Shown one piece after another: positions 26,590-39,897 of a stretch of DNA of 64,000 nt. The stretch comes from Octopus sinensis (lineage: Eukaryota). The stretch covers positions 53,258,001-53,322,000 of the forward strand of contig NC_043009.1 in assembly GCF_006345805.1 (NCBI RefSeq). Reading direction: 5' to 3'. The translations under genes and the position numbers were made by a program. How positions within the stretch are numbered: the first letter of the stretch is position 1; every line of letters begins with the position of its first letter. The notes beneath the pieces were generated by a model. The model was not told the origin of the DNA. It was given only the letters and a program-made list of their open reading frames with translations, and did no database searches.

Positions 26590-27520
26590 GGGTCATTCTA
26601 CGTAAAATCGCAGAAAACCTTGGAATCCCGCTTTGTACAGTTAATAGAGTGATTGTGCAATTTACCAGACAGGAGAAGAAGTCCACATCTCCTTCCCAGA
26701 TCAACCAGAGTTTTCTAATAGGACCCTTCCCTTTTCTAAGAGAAGTGTGGAGGGTAATCTACGTTGCAAGGTCTCTGACATAGCAGAACAAGTTGATGTC
26801 AGTTCCAGAACAGCTATCAGGTATGTCTACAAACTTGCTTACTATGGCAGAACGGCAAGATGAAGCCACTTCTTCGACCAGCCAATATCAAGCAGAATAA
26901 AAATTGGGCCAATGAGATAGTGGAGAGGCCACTAGCATTTTGGGACACTGCCATATTCTCTGACGAGTCCAGATTTTCTGTATTTCCTGTTAGTGGTCGA
27001 GTGTGGATCTGAAGATTCTGTGATACCAAAAATTTGATGTGAAAAGATTGCAGCCAAGATTGAAACATGGCAGATATTCTGTGATAGTTTTGGGAGCAAC
27101 TTGGAGCAATGGTTGATCAGAGCTGGTGGCGTATGAGGGAAACAAAAACTCAGATAAATATGTGCCCATATTGTAGAAATGACTCCTTCTAATCTTCTCT
27201 AGCGGTGAATTGATTAAAGAAGACTCTTTATATATCGAAGATGGCGATACTTGACACACGGCTAAAATGTCCCTAGATTTCTTCAATGAAAATAGCATTA
27301 AAAGTTTCCATGGCCAAGCCAGTCGCTAAATATGATCCCTATTGAAAACCTCTGCGACATGATGGACAGGAGACATTATAAAAAGAACACGAAAGTATCT
27401 CTTCAAAGCCAGATCTTTTGAAATTACTGCATGAAACTTGGCAATAAATTCCGCATGAGAATATTCATCATCTGATTAGTAACATGTATTGAAAAATGCA
27501 AAGGGCATGTCTACAAAATA
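26590..27520 (+). mobile_element. Decayed Tc1-like transposase
   Basis: WDTAIFSDESRFS, N.DKYV.IL, a DG.T.H remnant and a degenerate SPDLNPIENLW (aatatgatccctattgaaaacctctgc). Many stops. Confidence 0.75.
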
Positions 27521-28055
27521 TTAAATATTCATATCATAATAATTAATAAATAATTTGAATGTATAATTTCAGACTTAAATAAATTTTATTGATGATAAGG
27601 GTGTCTGCTTACTTATGTCATGTCTGTGTGTATATAATATGGTTTCGAATACAAGGACAAGATAAACACAAACAACAGCTTCGAAAGCTTCAGTTTCTGT
27701 ATGCAGGTTATAAATATACATTCATACCATTAACAATTAGTGCACTTGAGTTTCTGAATAAATGTGGAATTGACAATCTGGATAGGCTGCCTGAAAATTC
27801 ACACACTACTAATACAATCTGTTAGGGGAACATTAAATATATTCAACAATTATCCCAAGTTTAAAATGGTGTTTTTGTTTTTGCTATTTATATTCCAAGG
27901 ACAGAGGTTTGAATCTTTACAAATACCAGCTCAAAGAAAAAATTTAGGCAATTAAAAACAGAAGACAACATACATAAATATATATATACATAGGTAAATA
28001 CATACACACATGTACGCACACACATACTCACATACACACATATATATTATGTGTA

Positions 28056-28109
<54 letters not shown>

Positions 28110-28186
28110 GCATATGCATATATATATATAGATATATGCATATATATATATATGCATATATCTATATATATATATATATGCATATG

Positions 28187-28267
<81 letters not shown>

Positions 28268-28272
28268 TATTA

Positions 28273-28309
<37 letters not shown>

Positions 28310-28449
28310 ATATATATATACCAATTAAGGACTGAACACGAAAAGTGGACAGTCCTTAATTGGTATATATAAATATTTTAATCTTCGGATTCTTTTTTTT
28401 AATATGCTAGACCACTGGTCTTAATTGATAAATATCAATTTCTACCCTA

Positions 28450-28490
<41 letters not shown>

Positions 28491-28574
28491 GCATATGCAT
28501 ATATATATATAGATATATGCATATATATATATGCATATATATATATATATAGATATATGCATAAATTTATATGC

Positions 28575-28608
<34 letters not shown>

Positions 28609-28646
28609 GTACATATATATGTATATATATATGTATGTATATATAC

Positions 28647-28680
<34 letters not shown>

Positions 28681-28962
28681 TTCAACAATTGAGGGTAAAA
28701 TTAATTAATTAATCAATTTCACCAAGTATTCAGTATGCAAAGAGACCATTTAAGGCGAATTCAAATTATTACATTATATAAAAGGGCTTAGTAAAATAAA
28801 TTACTTTGCCGCATACTGAACTCATTAGAAATAGCAGCCAAAAAAAACTTTTCTAAAACTATTCTAATACTTAAAGAAAACCTCTCTCATATAGTGTTTG
28901 CTCAATTCAACTCACGGAAGTATGGGGGTAGAGACATTAAAAAATCAAATGCAAAGGTTATT

Positions 28963-29015
28963 TGAGAACGTACGTTTCAAGATTAGTCAAACTCGACATT
29001 TCTATCATCAGCTCA
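28963..29015 (-). ncRNA. Type I hammerhead ribozyme, family H1, copy 1
   Basis: Reverse complement of the copy at 29481-29533: TGAG CTGATGA [stem II] GAA ACGTACGT T/CTCA. Confidence 0.8.
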
Positions 29016-29480
29016 GAACTCCCTGGTTTGGATTTGAAAACACTGAAGTGGGAGCATACCTTTCGGCTTCTTCTCGCTTCTGAAGATCTGCTCGACACTA
29101 ACAGTGCCAACAAACTCAAAAATGCAAGCGAAGAATTTCTGCTCTCCCCTTTCCACCAGCGTGGGTTAAAATCAGCAAACACTATGCTTTTTTCGGTAAA
29201 ATCCAAGGCATTATATAGAGAGAGATGAATTATAATTTCAACAATTGAGGGTAAAATTAATTAATTAATCAATTTCACCAAGTATTCAGTATGCAAAGGG
29301 ACCATTTAAGGCGAATTCAAATTATTACATTATATAAAAGGTAAGGGGAGAGCAGAAATTCTTCGCTTGCATTTTTGAGTTTGTTGGCACTGTTAGTGTC
29401 GAGCAGATCTTCAGAAGCGAGAAGAAGCCGAAAGGGTATGCTCCCACTTTCAGTGTTTTCAAATCCAAACCAGGGAGTTC

Positions 29481-29533
29481 TGAGCTGATGATAGAAATGT
29501 CGAGTTTGACTAATCTTGAAACGTACGTTCTCA
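29481..29533 (+). ncRNA. Type I hammerhead ribozyme, family H1, copy 2
   Basis: TGAG (stem I) CTGATGA (core) T-AGA-AAT-GTC-gagttt-GAC-TAA-TCT-T (stem II, interrupted, U.U next to core) GAA ACGTACGT (palindromic stem III) T / CTCA (stem I). GUU triplet, predicted cleavage after 29529. Confidence 0.8.
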
Positions 29534-30038
29534 AATAACCTTTGCATTTGATTTTTTAATGTCTCTACCCCCATACTTCCGTGAGTTGAATTGAGAAAAC
29601 ACTATATGAGAGAGGTTTTCTTTAAGTATTAGAAATAGTTTTAGAAAAGTTTTTTTTGGCTGCTATTTCTAATGAGTTCAGTATGCGGCAAAGTAATTTA
29701 TTTTACTAAGCCCTTTATATAATGTAATAATTTGAATTCGCCTTAAATGGTCCCTTTGCATACTGAATACTTGGTGAAATTGATTAATTAATTAATTTTA
29801 CCCTCAATTGTTGAAATTATAATTCATCTCTCTCTATATAATGCCTTGGATTTTACCGAAAAAAGCATAGTGTTTGCTGATTTTAACCCACGCTGGTGGA
29901 AAGGGGAGAGCAGAAATTCTTCGCTTGCATTTTTGAGTTTGTTGGCACTGTTAGTGTCGAGCAGATCTTCAGAAGCGAGAAGAAGCCGAAAGGGTATGCT
30001 CCCACTTTCAGTGTTTTCAAATCCAAACCAGGGAGTTC

Positions 30039-30091
30039 TGAGCTGATGATAGAAATGTCGAGTTTGACTAATCTTGAAACGTACGTTCTCA
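30039..30091 (+). ncRNA. Type I hammerhead ribozyme, family H1, copy 3
   Basis: Same sequence as copy 2, 558 bp downstream. Predicted cleavage after 30087. Confidence 0.8.
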
Positions 30092-30274
30092 AATAACCTT
30101 TGCATTTGATTTTTTAATGTCTCTACCCCCATACTTCCGTGAGTTGAATTGAGCAAACACTATATGAGAGAGGTTTTCTTTAAGTATTAGAAATAGTTTT
30201 AGAAAAGTTTTTTTTGGCTGCTATTTCTAATGAGTTCAGTATGCGGCAAAGTAATTTATTTTACTAAGCCCTTT

Positions 30275-30335
<61 letters not shown>

Positions 30336-31118
30336 ATAATATATACATATATATATATATATATATATGAATATAAGTAAATTTTCTTATAAGTATGTTT
30401 TCAAGTATTAAGAAGTGCTCATTGCGAGTTAAATCGAAGGATAAGAGAAATTATAGAAGGAACACATCTATGCAATCAATACAAATTCCAAACCATAACT
30501 TAAAGCACACAACGAAATAAATATACATATGAATTTATATAAATAAATGAATAAAATTACATGTAAAAGTAAAAGTGGGGAATTATGTTTTCGTATGTGG
30601 AAGACTTAAAACGCCATTTACACACTTAATGCATCCCTGAAACGGCCGTAGATGATATCCTTTAACCCGGGTTTGTATATTTAACTTATGTAATAATATT
30701 TACCAAATTTATTTACTTCTGAATTTTTAAAATTTGAGCTCTATTCCAATAACTCGTATAAGCATCACATTTTTAATCGATTGGAAATTTCCTTTTCAAA
30801 GCGTTTTACCTTCGATTTTTATCTCTGAAATTTTTCCCTTCTCCATTCGGTATGTGACCCCAACATACATGATACATAGCTTTCGCATATAACATTTTCA
30901 TGTAATTTATTCATTTATTTATATAAATTTATATGTATATTTATTTCTTTGTGTGCGTATGAGGGTGTCAAGACACCTACATTGCTAGAAATAAGAGCTA
31001 AAATGTTCTAATGCTGTAAGAAAAGCACATAAATGTATACATATATGGTCATAAGGGCTGGAATCGTCCAAAACTTCGGCTCGAGTTGGTGTTTTGGACG
31101 ATTGAAGCCCCTGTGAGC

Positions 31119-31930
31119 GTATATGGAGAAACCGGAATTTTCCAGTGTTTTATTCACTTAGTTTTACATGTTTACCCTTTTATCGCCTTCAAAGTATTCT
31201 CCATTTGAAGCAATGCATCGATCCTGACGCGTTTTCCACTGTTCTTGCTAAGTGATGCCTTTTAACGCTTCCATCTTTTCTTTCTTCACCTCTGAAAATT
31301 CCGTTCAACTTCCAACTTCTCTTTCAGTACATGACACGCATTCAGTTGTGACTGTTTTTAATCTCCCGTGAGCAAGCGAGGCACAAATTTTGCTCCAATT
31401 CGTTTCGTTCGCAATTCCTTGCTCGAATTTCGTTAGCAGGAGCTCCAGGACACACCACTCATATCAACAAGTTCGTCAATTTTTCAGTAATGGTCTTCCA
31501 AGGTCAGTTCATGAATTTGCATGAAGCTTTCATTCGTTCGGGAGGTCGAATTTCGCCCTGAAACGGGTTGGTCTTCAAGTAACACTGACCATTCCTAAAG
31601 TGTGAAAACCACTTGTAAAACATGCGTTTTGCTCATAGAATCGTCATTGTGAACTGTTAGAAGCATGAGAACTGTTTCAGCCGCTGTTTTCCTCAACAGA
31701 AAAAATTTCACGGAACCACGCTGTTCCTTCGTTTCAGCCATTGAAAAATCGACGAACAGAGGAGAATCATTGCAAAGCAAAGACGCGATACGTGGCAGTA
31801 GGGCTACATTCGAAGACGCCAGTCGGCATACTGATATCTAAGGATCGCATCAAGTAGCTTCTAGCGGCGAAAGCCTGAACTACAACGGGTTTGTCCCACA
31901 GAGAACGTTTCCGGTTATTTTGGGTATATG
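31119..31930 (-). mobile_element. Internally deleted, decayed mariner-like element
   Basis: N-terminus MAETKEQRGSVKFF..KTAAETVLML...WF..F.NG...LED.P.SGR...KFVPRLLT, and C-terminus QWKTRQDRCIASNGEYFEGDK. Degenerate terminal (A/T)ACCGGAA motifs. Confidence 0.8.
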
Positions 31931-32321
31931 AAACCGTACACAAAGACCTTGTTAAAATTGAAGCAATGTGAAATAAAATACGAAAATGAACTACAAAATG
32001 TAGACAGAACAGCTCAGAGTTTTCGTTGTATTTCAAAACAGGTAAACTTGTTGTTCTGTTGTTCTGTTGTTCTGTTGTTCTTTCTTTGCTTTCCAGTTAA
32101 TTTCAGGATTGCATTTTGCGTTGTACTGGCATTAACATGCTTTTGTCTAATTTAACATGTCATGATGCTTCAGCCATGTTCATCTGTGGTTACACACGCG
32201 CGTGCGCACACACACACATAAACACAGACGCAAAAAACACGCGTATATATATATATATGTATGTATATATACACACACTGTGTATATATATATATGTACA
32301 TGTATATATATATATATAAAC

Positions 32322-32353
<32 letters not shown>

Positions 32354-32635
32354 GTATCCTCTTGGGCTTATATATATATATATGGAGGAAAATTTTTATA
32401 AGTACTTAGCCTACAGAGATAAATATACGGATGAATATATAGATACATTTATAAATACTTATACATACTCGCACACACACACACGCATATATACTGACGT
32501 ATATACATGTGCATATCTATTTATCCATCTAACTATCTATCTACATGTCTCTCTCTCTCTATCTCTTTATATATATATGTATATATACATCTACATATAT
32601 ATAATATAGATATAATTATGCATATATTAATATAG

Positions 32636-32676
<41 letters not shown>

Positions 32677-32802
32677 ACACACACACATATATATATACAT
32701 ATACGTATATATCAGCTGATTAGACTATGTATATATTTTTGTTTTTATATACCTGTGTTATGACATGTATTACGCAGATCTCTATCTCTCTTTGTCTCTG
32801 TA

Positions 32803-32873
<71 letters not shown>

Positions 32874-33269
32874 GTATATATACATATACACGCATCATGC
32901 ACTCACACATTCATGCGCTCACACACACACACACACACACAGAAGTGCACACACATGATTGTATGATTTTAATTACGTGTCTCAAGTCAATTATTCGGTT
33001 TGTTTCTCTGATTCTAAATACAGGAAATTTTTATGTTCCCTTTCTTGTTTCTATAATAAAAATTTCCGAATCATTGTTGCTTGGAGAAGTTTACGAAGCC
33101 AAAAAATATAATTTAACAAAAAAAAAAAAAACTTCTAAAACACCACCGAAAATACAGAAGCATTAGAAATAAAAGCACGAACAACATTTAATGAAAAAAA
33201 CAAACTCTAACAAAAATGTAGACACCTCAAAGAAGAGGACGAGTAATGAATACACTAATGATAATGATG

Positions 33270-33303
<34 letters not shown>

Positions 33304-33717
33304 CAATGATGACAACAACAACAACAATAATACTGAAGACAAGCTGTCACTGAGAATTGCATGCATTTCATTTGTACTTAGTTCCTCACCCCGATTCTCG
33401 ATAATAATTTGATTGGGCAAAAGACCAACATCTTGGAAGGTGAGAGTAATAATCGATTGAAATTTAATTAATTTGTACGTGAATGAATCTTCCCGGCTCA
33501 TTGTGTTTGTCTTTGATTCCGGATTCTGGATTCCGGATGAGAGACAAATTTGTAGTTGGATGGGTCACTGAATATCCTCATTCATCGAATAGTTCTAAAA
33601 TTCTGGTAGCTATTCTCCACAGGATGGGGTTCGAAATGGAATCTAAAAAAACAAAATTGGTCTAGAATCTACACATATGCACGCACATATGTATACATAT
33701 ACATACACATACATATA

Positions 33718-34030
33718 TCATCATCATCATCATTGTTCGACCGTGGTCGAGACAATGGAATTTACCATGCTACGCCAGACTTCACGGTCCATCATGGCAT
33801 TACGGAGGTCCTGTTGCTGGATGCCTGTATCCCTGGAGATTACATCAGGGTAGGAGAGTGTGCGCCCTCTGGTATTGCGAGTAGATGGCTTCCAGAGGAG
33901 AAGAGTAGAAATTACTTCTTTTCCAGCTCTACAACAATGTCCAGCAAACTGGACTCTCCTACCTTTCACAATAGATGACACAGGTGGTAGTTTCCCATAT
34001 ATTTGCACTTTGGTTGGATGACTAAAATCT
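33718..34030 (-). mobile_element. RTE-clade LINE 3' end with (TGA)n tail
   Basis: HPTKVQIYGKLPPVSSIVKGRRVQFAGHCCRAGKEVISTLLLWKP...YPDVISRDTG...DLRNAMMDREVWRSMV, followed by TGATGATGA. Confidence 0.88.
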
Positions 34031-34387
34031 CGGTTACCACCTCAGTGGAACTTCATGTAGGAACCTGGTTACCATAACGTTCAAATAATGGACTAAAAGT
34101 TATATCATTTAATTAGCCAAAGGATGTGAAACACTACTTCGATCATTTCTTAAAGAAACACTTCGCCAATCCCAGCGAAGGTATGTCATATCCTTCATAG
34201 ACTCATAAAGCGAATAACAGTACTTTTAATTGAAGAAAAGAGAAGTCAAACGAATGTCACGTTCGTTTTCGAAACATATGTTTGTGTGTGTTATTTTGTT
34301 TGTATGTGTGTGTATATGTATATATATAAATATGAATATACATATATACATACATATATATACATAAATATGTATATATATATATAA

Positions 34388-34445
<58 letters not shown>

Positions 34446-34484
34446 TGAGAAAGTTGGTGTGTGAAAGCACGTGGTTGAATATAT

Positions 34485-34670
34485 AGAAAATAGTAAAAGT
34501 GAAAAAACTACAGAAGGCTTGTTTTAAAAGGTTAAAAAATATATATTTGAGTCATTATGTCTGAAGAATGTTATAAATTTATAACATTCTTCAGACATAA
34601 TGACTCAAATATATATTTTTAACCTTTTAAAACAAGCCTTCTGTAGTTTTTTCACTTTTTACTATTTTCT
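34485..34670. repeat. Spacer-less palindrome with 93-bp arms
   Basis: Centre gttataaa|tttataac at 34577/34578. The arms differ only by two 1-nt homopolymer length differences. It lies between (TA)n and (CT)n(TA)n tracts. Confidence 0.95.
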
Positions 34671-35015
34671 CTCTCTCTCTCCTCTTTCTCTCTCCTCTCC
34701 TCTCTCTCTCTCTCTCTATATATATATAATATATATATATGTACATATAAGATTCAGTTGAATAAGGTACTGAAAGCACCTGGTTAAGTCGGAGTAAGAT
34801 GCACACTCCACAATATTTAGATGAATACCAACCTTGGTACAGAAGTATTGGTAGAATGATATTCGGGTAATGTATGCAGTTAATTGAACTCAACTGAGTA
34901 TATAATGCGCTCATGAGTTATTCAGACATGTACATTTTATTAAATATACAGTCCATAATATACTTGGGAATATATATGAGTGGTATGTTTCGAGATAGGT
35001 GAATTAAAAATAAAT

Positions 35016-35346
35016 GGAAATGGAAGCACTCCGTCGGTTACGACGATGAGGGTTCCGGTTGATCCGAATCAACGGAACAGCCTGCTCGTGAAATTAACGT
35101 GTAAGTGGCTGAGCACTCAACAGACACGTGTACCCTTAACGTAGTTCTCGGGGATATTCAGCGTGACACAGAGAGTGACAAGGCCGGCCCTTTGAAATAC
35201 AGGTACAACAGAAACAGGAAGTAAGAGTGAGAGAAGCTTTTAGGTGTTTTCGCTCAATAAACACTCACAACGCCCGGTCTGGGAATCGAAACCGCGATCC
35301 TATGACCGCGAGTCCGCTGCCCTAACCACTGGGCCATTGCGCCTCC
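35016..35346 (-). mobile_element. SINE family C with internal deletion and 12-bp TSD
   Basis: Reverse-complement homolog of 24768-25154 lacking the central segment. TTAAAAATAAAT occurs on both sides. Confidence 0.88.
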
Positions 35347-35766
35347 ACGTTAAAAATAAATAACAATTGATGGACAGGTGTCAATTCATTACAGCCATTT
35401 CTTTGGTCATTGAGGACATTATATCATTATGAAAAACCGGTTTCTTCAGATGAATACATGCATTTTACAATCAAGGATATTTAAAATAATTTTAAATCCA
35501 CGGCACATACATATTTAGCGATTCTGCGACTGGCTCTTGCCGCAGAATGAGCTTAACCTAAACAATGTACAATCAAATGGCTTAGTGGGAGGTGGCAACA
35601 TTAAGACACAGATCGGGGTATATTTCAGAATTTATTGCCTTAATAGGGTTAGTTGGCTTGGTAGTGAGTAGAAAGAGTCAAAGAATTCCAAGTGTCCACT
35701 CTCAACAATAAAGAAAGAGGAGGTTCTATTTATCTAATGCACATACATATACACTTACTTACACGC

Positions 35767-35811
<45 letters not shown>

Positions 35812-35813
35812 GA

Positions 35814-35852
<39 letters not shown>

Positions 35853-36005
35853 GTTATCTGCAGTACTGATGAGTAACCTGAAATATTGTACGCAAATATA
35901 TGCAAATAAGTCTTTGTTCTGTATATGACGATGATGGTGATGGTTATCAGGATGATGATGGGAATAATGTTCATCATCGTTATCATCATCATCATCATCA
36001 TCATC

Positions 36006-36059
<54 letters not shown>

Positions 36060-37068
36060 TATTATTATCATCATTATTATTATCATTATCATCATCATCA
36101 TCATTATTATTATTATTAATTATTATTATTATTATTATTATCATCATTATTATCATTATTATTATTAATCATCATTATTATCATTATTATCATTGTTGTA
36201 TTATTTGATATGAACGAATATCTTTCTATACAAGATATTCTCTTCGGTGATTATCTTCTGAAAAATGTAATTTTGTTTCCTTTCATAACGAAAAAATGTC
36301 CTAACATTTGATCGTCTCATCCGCTGCCTGAGGTAGATAGAGCAAAGCCGCGTGTTTTTATATTCTAAAAGCTATTTACAAATTTTGGTGTTTGTCACGT
36401 TCCCACTTTACAGAATGACTTCTTCAGTAATGCAAAGAAGAAATGATTAGTTACATGGCGGTAACAGGCGTCTAATTACCCTTGCTCCCAAATTTTTGAT
36501 AAAATAAAACCAGTTCAAATTGAATTGGACACTTATCCACCCTTTGAAAAATTCACAAAAAGGATAGTGTTGGAAAAAATTTAAATAAAATAAACTACTG
36601 GCTAACAACTGTGCCATCATCAGCAGTAACACTCAATCATGTGCTATCATTGAGGAACAAAAGTTTGTTCATGACTTACAACAGCTCAAAAACGTGAAAA
36701 GAAGCGTGGCAGTACAGTTACAAGGGGCAGTGCCGCTTTGCCCGACAAATTTATTTCAGAAACGAAGAGATGAGTTCTGGTATACCACTGGATATAAAAG
36801 AATGAACCAAGGAAATTCCATGTCAATAGAAAAGATGTGACCAAATAGTTGTAATAGATGTGTTCTGTATTGAAGCCTGCTTCAGGATTTTAGGACCAAA
36901 AACAAGACGAGATATAGGTAGCGCTAAGGATTTATAAACTTGGCCAAATGTTTATAAAACTAGAATAGCTGGACAAGACAACTTTACAGCACTTAAGAAG
37001 CCATTATATTGCAAATGTGTCAAAAATCTGCAACAACGAATGTTTGTCTTCAATATATGTACAGTCAG

Positions 37069-37254
37069 AGGCGGCGAGCTGGCAGAAACATTAGCACGCC
37101 GGGCGAAATGCTTAGCGGTATTTCGTCTGCCGCTACGTTCTGAGTTCAAATTCCACCGAGGTCAACAAATTAAGTACCAGTTGCGTACTGGGGTCGATCC
37201 AATCGAATGGCTCCCTTCCCCAAAATTTCGGGCCTTGTGCATAGAGTAGAAAAG
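37069..37254 (+). mobile_element. SINE family A with 17-bp TSD
   Basis: Same head and tail as the 6048 copy. AATATATGTACAGTCAG occurs at 37052-37068 and 37255-37271. Confidence 0.9.
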
Positions 37255-38218
37255 AATATATGTACAGTCAGCCTACAATTTCTGCTATCAGCACAAACAA
37301 AGATTTTAATACACAAAAAAAAGACAAATTCTATCATTGAAATTAACTAATTAACGAAATAACTAAAACAGATAACAATCGAAAAAATATGTACAGTTTA
37401 ATAATTTAATTCCAGGGATAATTTCCGAAAGGAAAAATAATCCAAATTACGATAAATAACAACTGTATCTGATTCTAACGTTTACAACTGAAACGAGAGA
37501 GTAAGTGCTTTGATAAATGCAACTCACTTGTAGTGTCTTCAAACTATATAAGAACAGAGTTAAATTCTGAAACAGAATATCAAGGCCGAAGCGTTTTATG
37601 CAGTCCGTTTGAAGATAGGATCACATGTTAGTCGTATGGCTCTTATGAGCTGCATCAGAATATTCTTAAGACATGATAAGAATACATACATACATTGGAC
37701 AATGTGCAAATAAGTGAAAGCCTCAACGTTTGAAAAATGATGTAAGAATGTTTTGGAAAGTGTAGTAGAATGTGAAAATAACGTGATTCTCTAAGATATA
37801 CTGGAACATAAAGACAAAGAAATACGAATAAGATATCGTTATAAAAGACAAGAACTTGTAAACTATTGGATGAGGTTTGCCAAATGACGGAAACCGCTAA
37901 GTAAACACGGAGGAAAAACTCTCTAAATATAAAAATCTGACGATGAAAATAAAGAAAAAGTGAAATACACACACATGAATAAACCCAGGTACTATAGAAA
38001 AAATAACATTTGCCAAATCTATTCTATTTAGACTTAAGGAAAGACACTGATAGGGATAAGTATGTTTACTCTTTGCAAAGAAATAATAAAATTAATAATA
38101 ATAATAATCATAAAATGAAAAAATTATTGGTAAAAAACATCTTGAAAATTTCGAAGAAGGTTTGAATGAAAGGAATAAAAAGATAACGTGGATGGTTAAT
38201 AATGATGATGATGATGAT

Positions 38219-38268
<50 letters not shown>

Positions 38269-38793
38269 TAATAATAATAATGATAATGATAATAATAAGC
38301 AGAAAGAAGAGGAGGAAAAGGAGGAGTGAAGAAGGAGAAAGGTAAAATCAGTAGAAGCAAAAACATGACATTAAAAAGCATTTTGAAAAAGTAAGGAAAA
38401 AATAGAAAGCTCTCGAGAAAGGAAAATTCATTGGAAGGGGAGAGATAAGAAGAGTGAGAGAGAGAGAGAGAGAAAGAAAGAGAGAGAGGGAGAGAGAAAG
38501 GAAGAGAGAGAGGGAGGGAGAGAGAAAGGAAGAGAGACACATAATGAAAGGAAGAAAGAGAGAGATAAAGAAAGGGAGAGAATGAAAGCCCGAGAGAATG
38601 GAGTGGACAAAGAGACACATTAAAGCAAATAGCTTAAAAAAAACACATGTAATAAGCTTATCTGTTTTTCTTTTCACTTTTCTTACTTGTATCTAAGTGA
38701 AAAATACTAAATGTATGTGTATGATCTGTGTATATGTTTAAATATATACGTGTGTATACACACATATATATATACACGTGCACGCACACACAC

Positions 38794-38848
<55 letters not shown>

Positions 38849-39006
38849 GATACACACACACACACACATATATGTATATATAATATATATATATATATTA
38901 CTTTATGCGCATGTACAAACATACAAAAATATACATGCATATATATACAATTACTCGTATATGCATATTTAAGTATATATATATCTTCGTGTGTTTATAT
39001 ATATAT

Positions 39007-39037
<31 letters not shown>

Positions 39038-39055
39038 TATATATATGTATGTATG

Positions 39056-39090
<35 letters not shown>

Positions 39091-39176
39091 ATAAGTATAT
39101 ATATATATTTCTACATCTATAACTATATCTACCTGTATATATATGACGTATATATAAATAAATACATACACACGCA

Positions 39177-39248
<72 letters not shown>

Positions 39249-39521
39249 GTTTATATATATTCATGTATGTAAAAGCACACACACACACACATACACACAC
39301 ACACACACGAGCACGTATAAAATAAAACGCAACATAAATAAAATAAAGAAACAATCCTCAGAAACAGTCTTTATTTCTGAAAAATGTTATAAGTTTACGT
39401 AATTTGTTTAAACATAGTTCATCTTTCAAGTTCTCTCTCTCTTTCTCTCTCTCTGTATATCTGTATATACACATACATACGTATACACACACACACAAAC
39501 ACACACATACATATATATGTG

Positions 39522-39559
<38 letters not shown>

Positions 39560-39779
39560 CATACATATATATATACATATGTATGTTGATACACACAAAG
39601 GCACACACTCATATATACTCGCGCACACGCACGCACACATGCATACATACATATACATACACACACGTGTATGTGAGAGTGTGTGTGTATGAACATACAT
39701 ATATAAATATACATGTGTGTATATATATATATATATATATATGTATATGTCTCTCTCTATATTATATATATACATACAT

Positions 39780-39897
<118 letters not shown>

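Larger units (their letters stand above)
28681..30281. mobile_element. Tandem plus inverted array of a 558-bp non-coding HHR-bearing unit (Penelope-like pLTR / retrozyme-like)
   Basis: 28681-29340 is about 1.2 units in one orientation and 29343-30281 about 1.7 units in the opposite orientation (29343 and 29901 are equivalent positions). Both outer ends run into (TA)n. Three HHR copies. Confidence 0.75.

Noticed and set aside
28898-30156. Repeated 60-110 aa ORFs (MLNSTHGSMGVETLKNQ..., MDFTEKSIVF...)
   Set aside because: These are by-products of the repeated 558-bp unit. The frames change between copies with 1-nt indels and I recognise no RT or GIY-YIG motif.
23347-30281. Direct repeats considered as a possible CRISPR array
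   Set aside because: The DNA is eukaryotic, the repeats are long tandem units (172 and 558 bp) with no unique spacers, and there are no cas genes.
31055-31110. 20-bp imperfect hairpin (GGGCTGGAATCGTCCAAAAC/GTTTTGGACGATTGAAGCCC)
   Set aside because: It is real but isolated, between repeat fragments. There is no evidence for function, and it is not a prokaryotic terminator in this eukaryotic context.
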